NCBI RefSeq assembly: GCF_006345805.1
Contig: NC_042999.1
Span: 19,344,001-19,408,000 of the forward strand
DNA: 64,000 bases
Reading direction: 5' to 3'
Source of the DNA: Octopus sinensis
Lineage: Eukaryota
In this document: piece by piece, positions 63,427-64,000 of the stretch
Numbering within the stretch: the stretch's first letter is position 1
Layout of the letters: every line of letters starts with the position of its first letter
The notes under the pieces: generated by a model
Told to the model about the DNA's origin: nothing
The model's input: only the letters and a program-made list of their open reading frames with translations
The model's database searches: none
Translations under genes and position numbers: made by a program

Positions 63427-63656
63427 CTCTTTTTTCTCTTTTACTCTTTTACTTGTTTCAGTCATTTCACTGCGGCCATGCTGGAGCACCGCCTTTAATC
63501 GAGCAACTCGACCCCGGGACTTATTATTTTGTAAGCTCAGTACTTATTCTATTGGTCTCTTTTGCCGAACCGCTAAGTAACGGGGACATAAACACACCAG
63601 CATCGGTTGTCAAGCAATGCTAGGGGACAAACACAGACACACAAACACACACACGC

Positions 63657-63687
<31 letters not shown>

Positions 63688-63852
63688 TACGACGGGCTTC
63701 TTTCAGTTTCCGCCTACCAAATCCACTCACAAGGCTTTGGTCGGCCCGAGGCTATAGTAGAAGACACTTGCCCAAGGTGCCACGCAGTGGGACTGAACCC
63801 GAAACCATGTGGCTGGTAGACAAGCTACTTACCTCACAGCCACTCCTGCGCT
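63427..63852 (-). mobile_element. SINE-A, full length
   Basis: Matches the other copies. Confidence 0.9.
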
Positions 63853-64000
63853 TATATATAAGGAATTTTTGCGTAATGAGATGAAAATAAACCAAGGCTG
63901 TATAGATATTAGAGCATTTATAGATAGAAGGTCTTACAGCTGTTTCCAGGATATTTATTAATTATATCCCTTCATCGGAGACAGTGTGAGTGGATGGTTA

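Overview
AT-rich, microsatellite-dense eukaryotic DNA that is intergenic or intronic. I found no protein-coding gene I can support, and almost all long ORFs in the track are translations of (TA)n/(TG)n/(ATT)n tracts or of repeats. The repeat families resemble those I recall from octopus/cephalopod genomes, so the taxon is an inference. Contents: (1) many tRNA-headed SINE copies, which I label arbitrarily as families A, B, C and D; (2) decayed CR1/L2-type LINE 3' ends, Penelope-like (PLE) RT/GIY-YIG remnants, Tc1/mariner remnants and MITEs, and non-autonomous Helitrons; (3) a three-level nest of DNA transposons at 44.6-47.5 kb around a ~630-bp-arm foldback element. The most striking pattern is about a dozen type I hammerhead-ribozyme (HHR) folds in at least six unrelated short non-autonomous element families. 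Most sit in or next to (TA)n tracts, and several occur as fold-back palindromes. They include one family with a recurrent non-canonical core (CUG[U/C]NGA in place of CUGANGA, four copies), two families with a CCGAUGA core, and a tRNA-headed SINE whose tail is an HHR cassette. All folds were derived by eye and ribozyme activity is untested.
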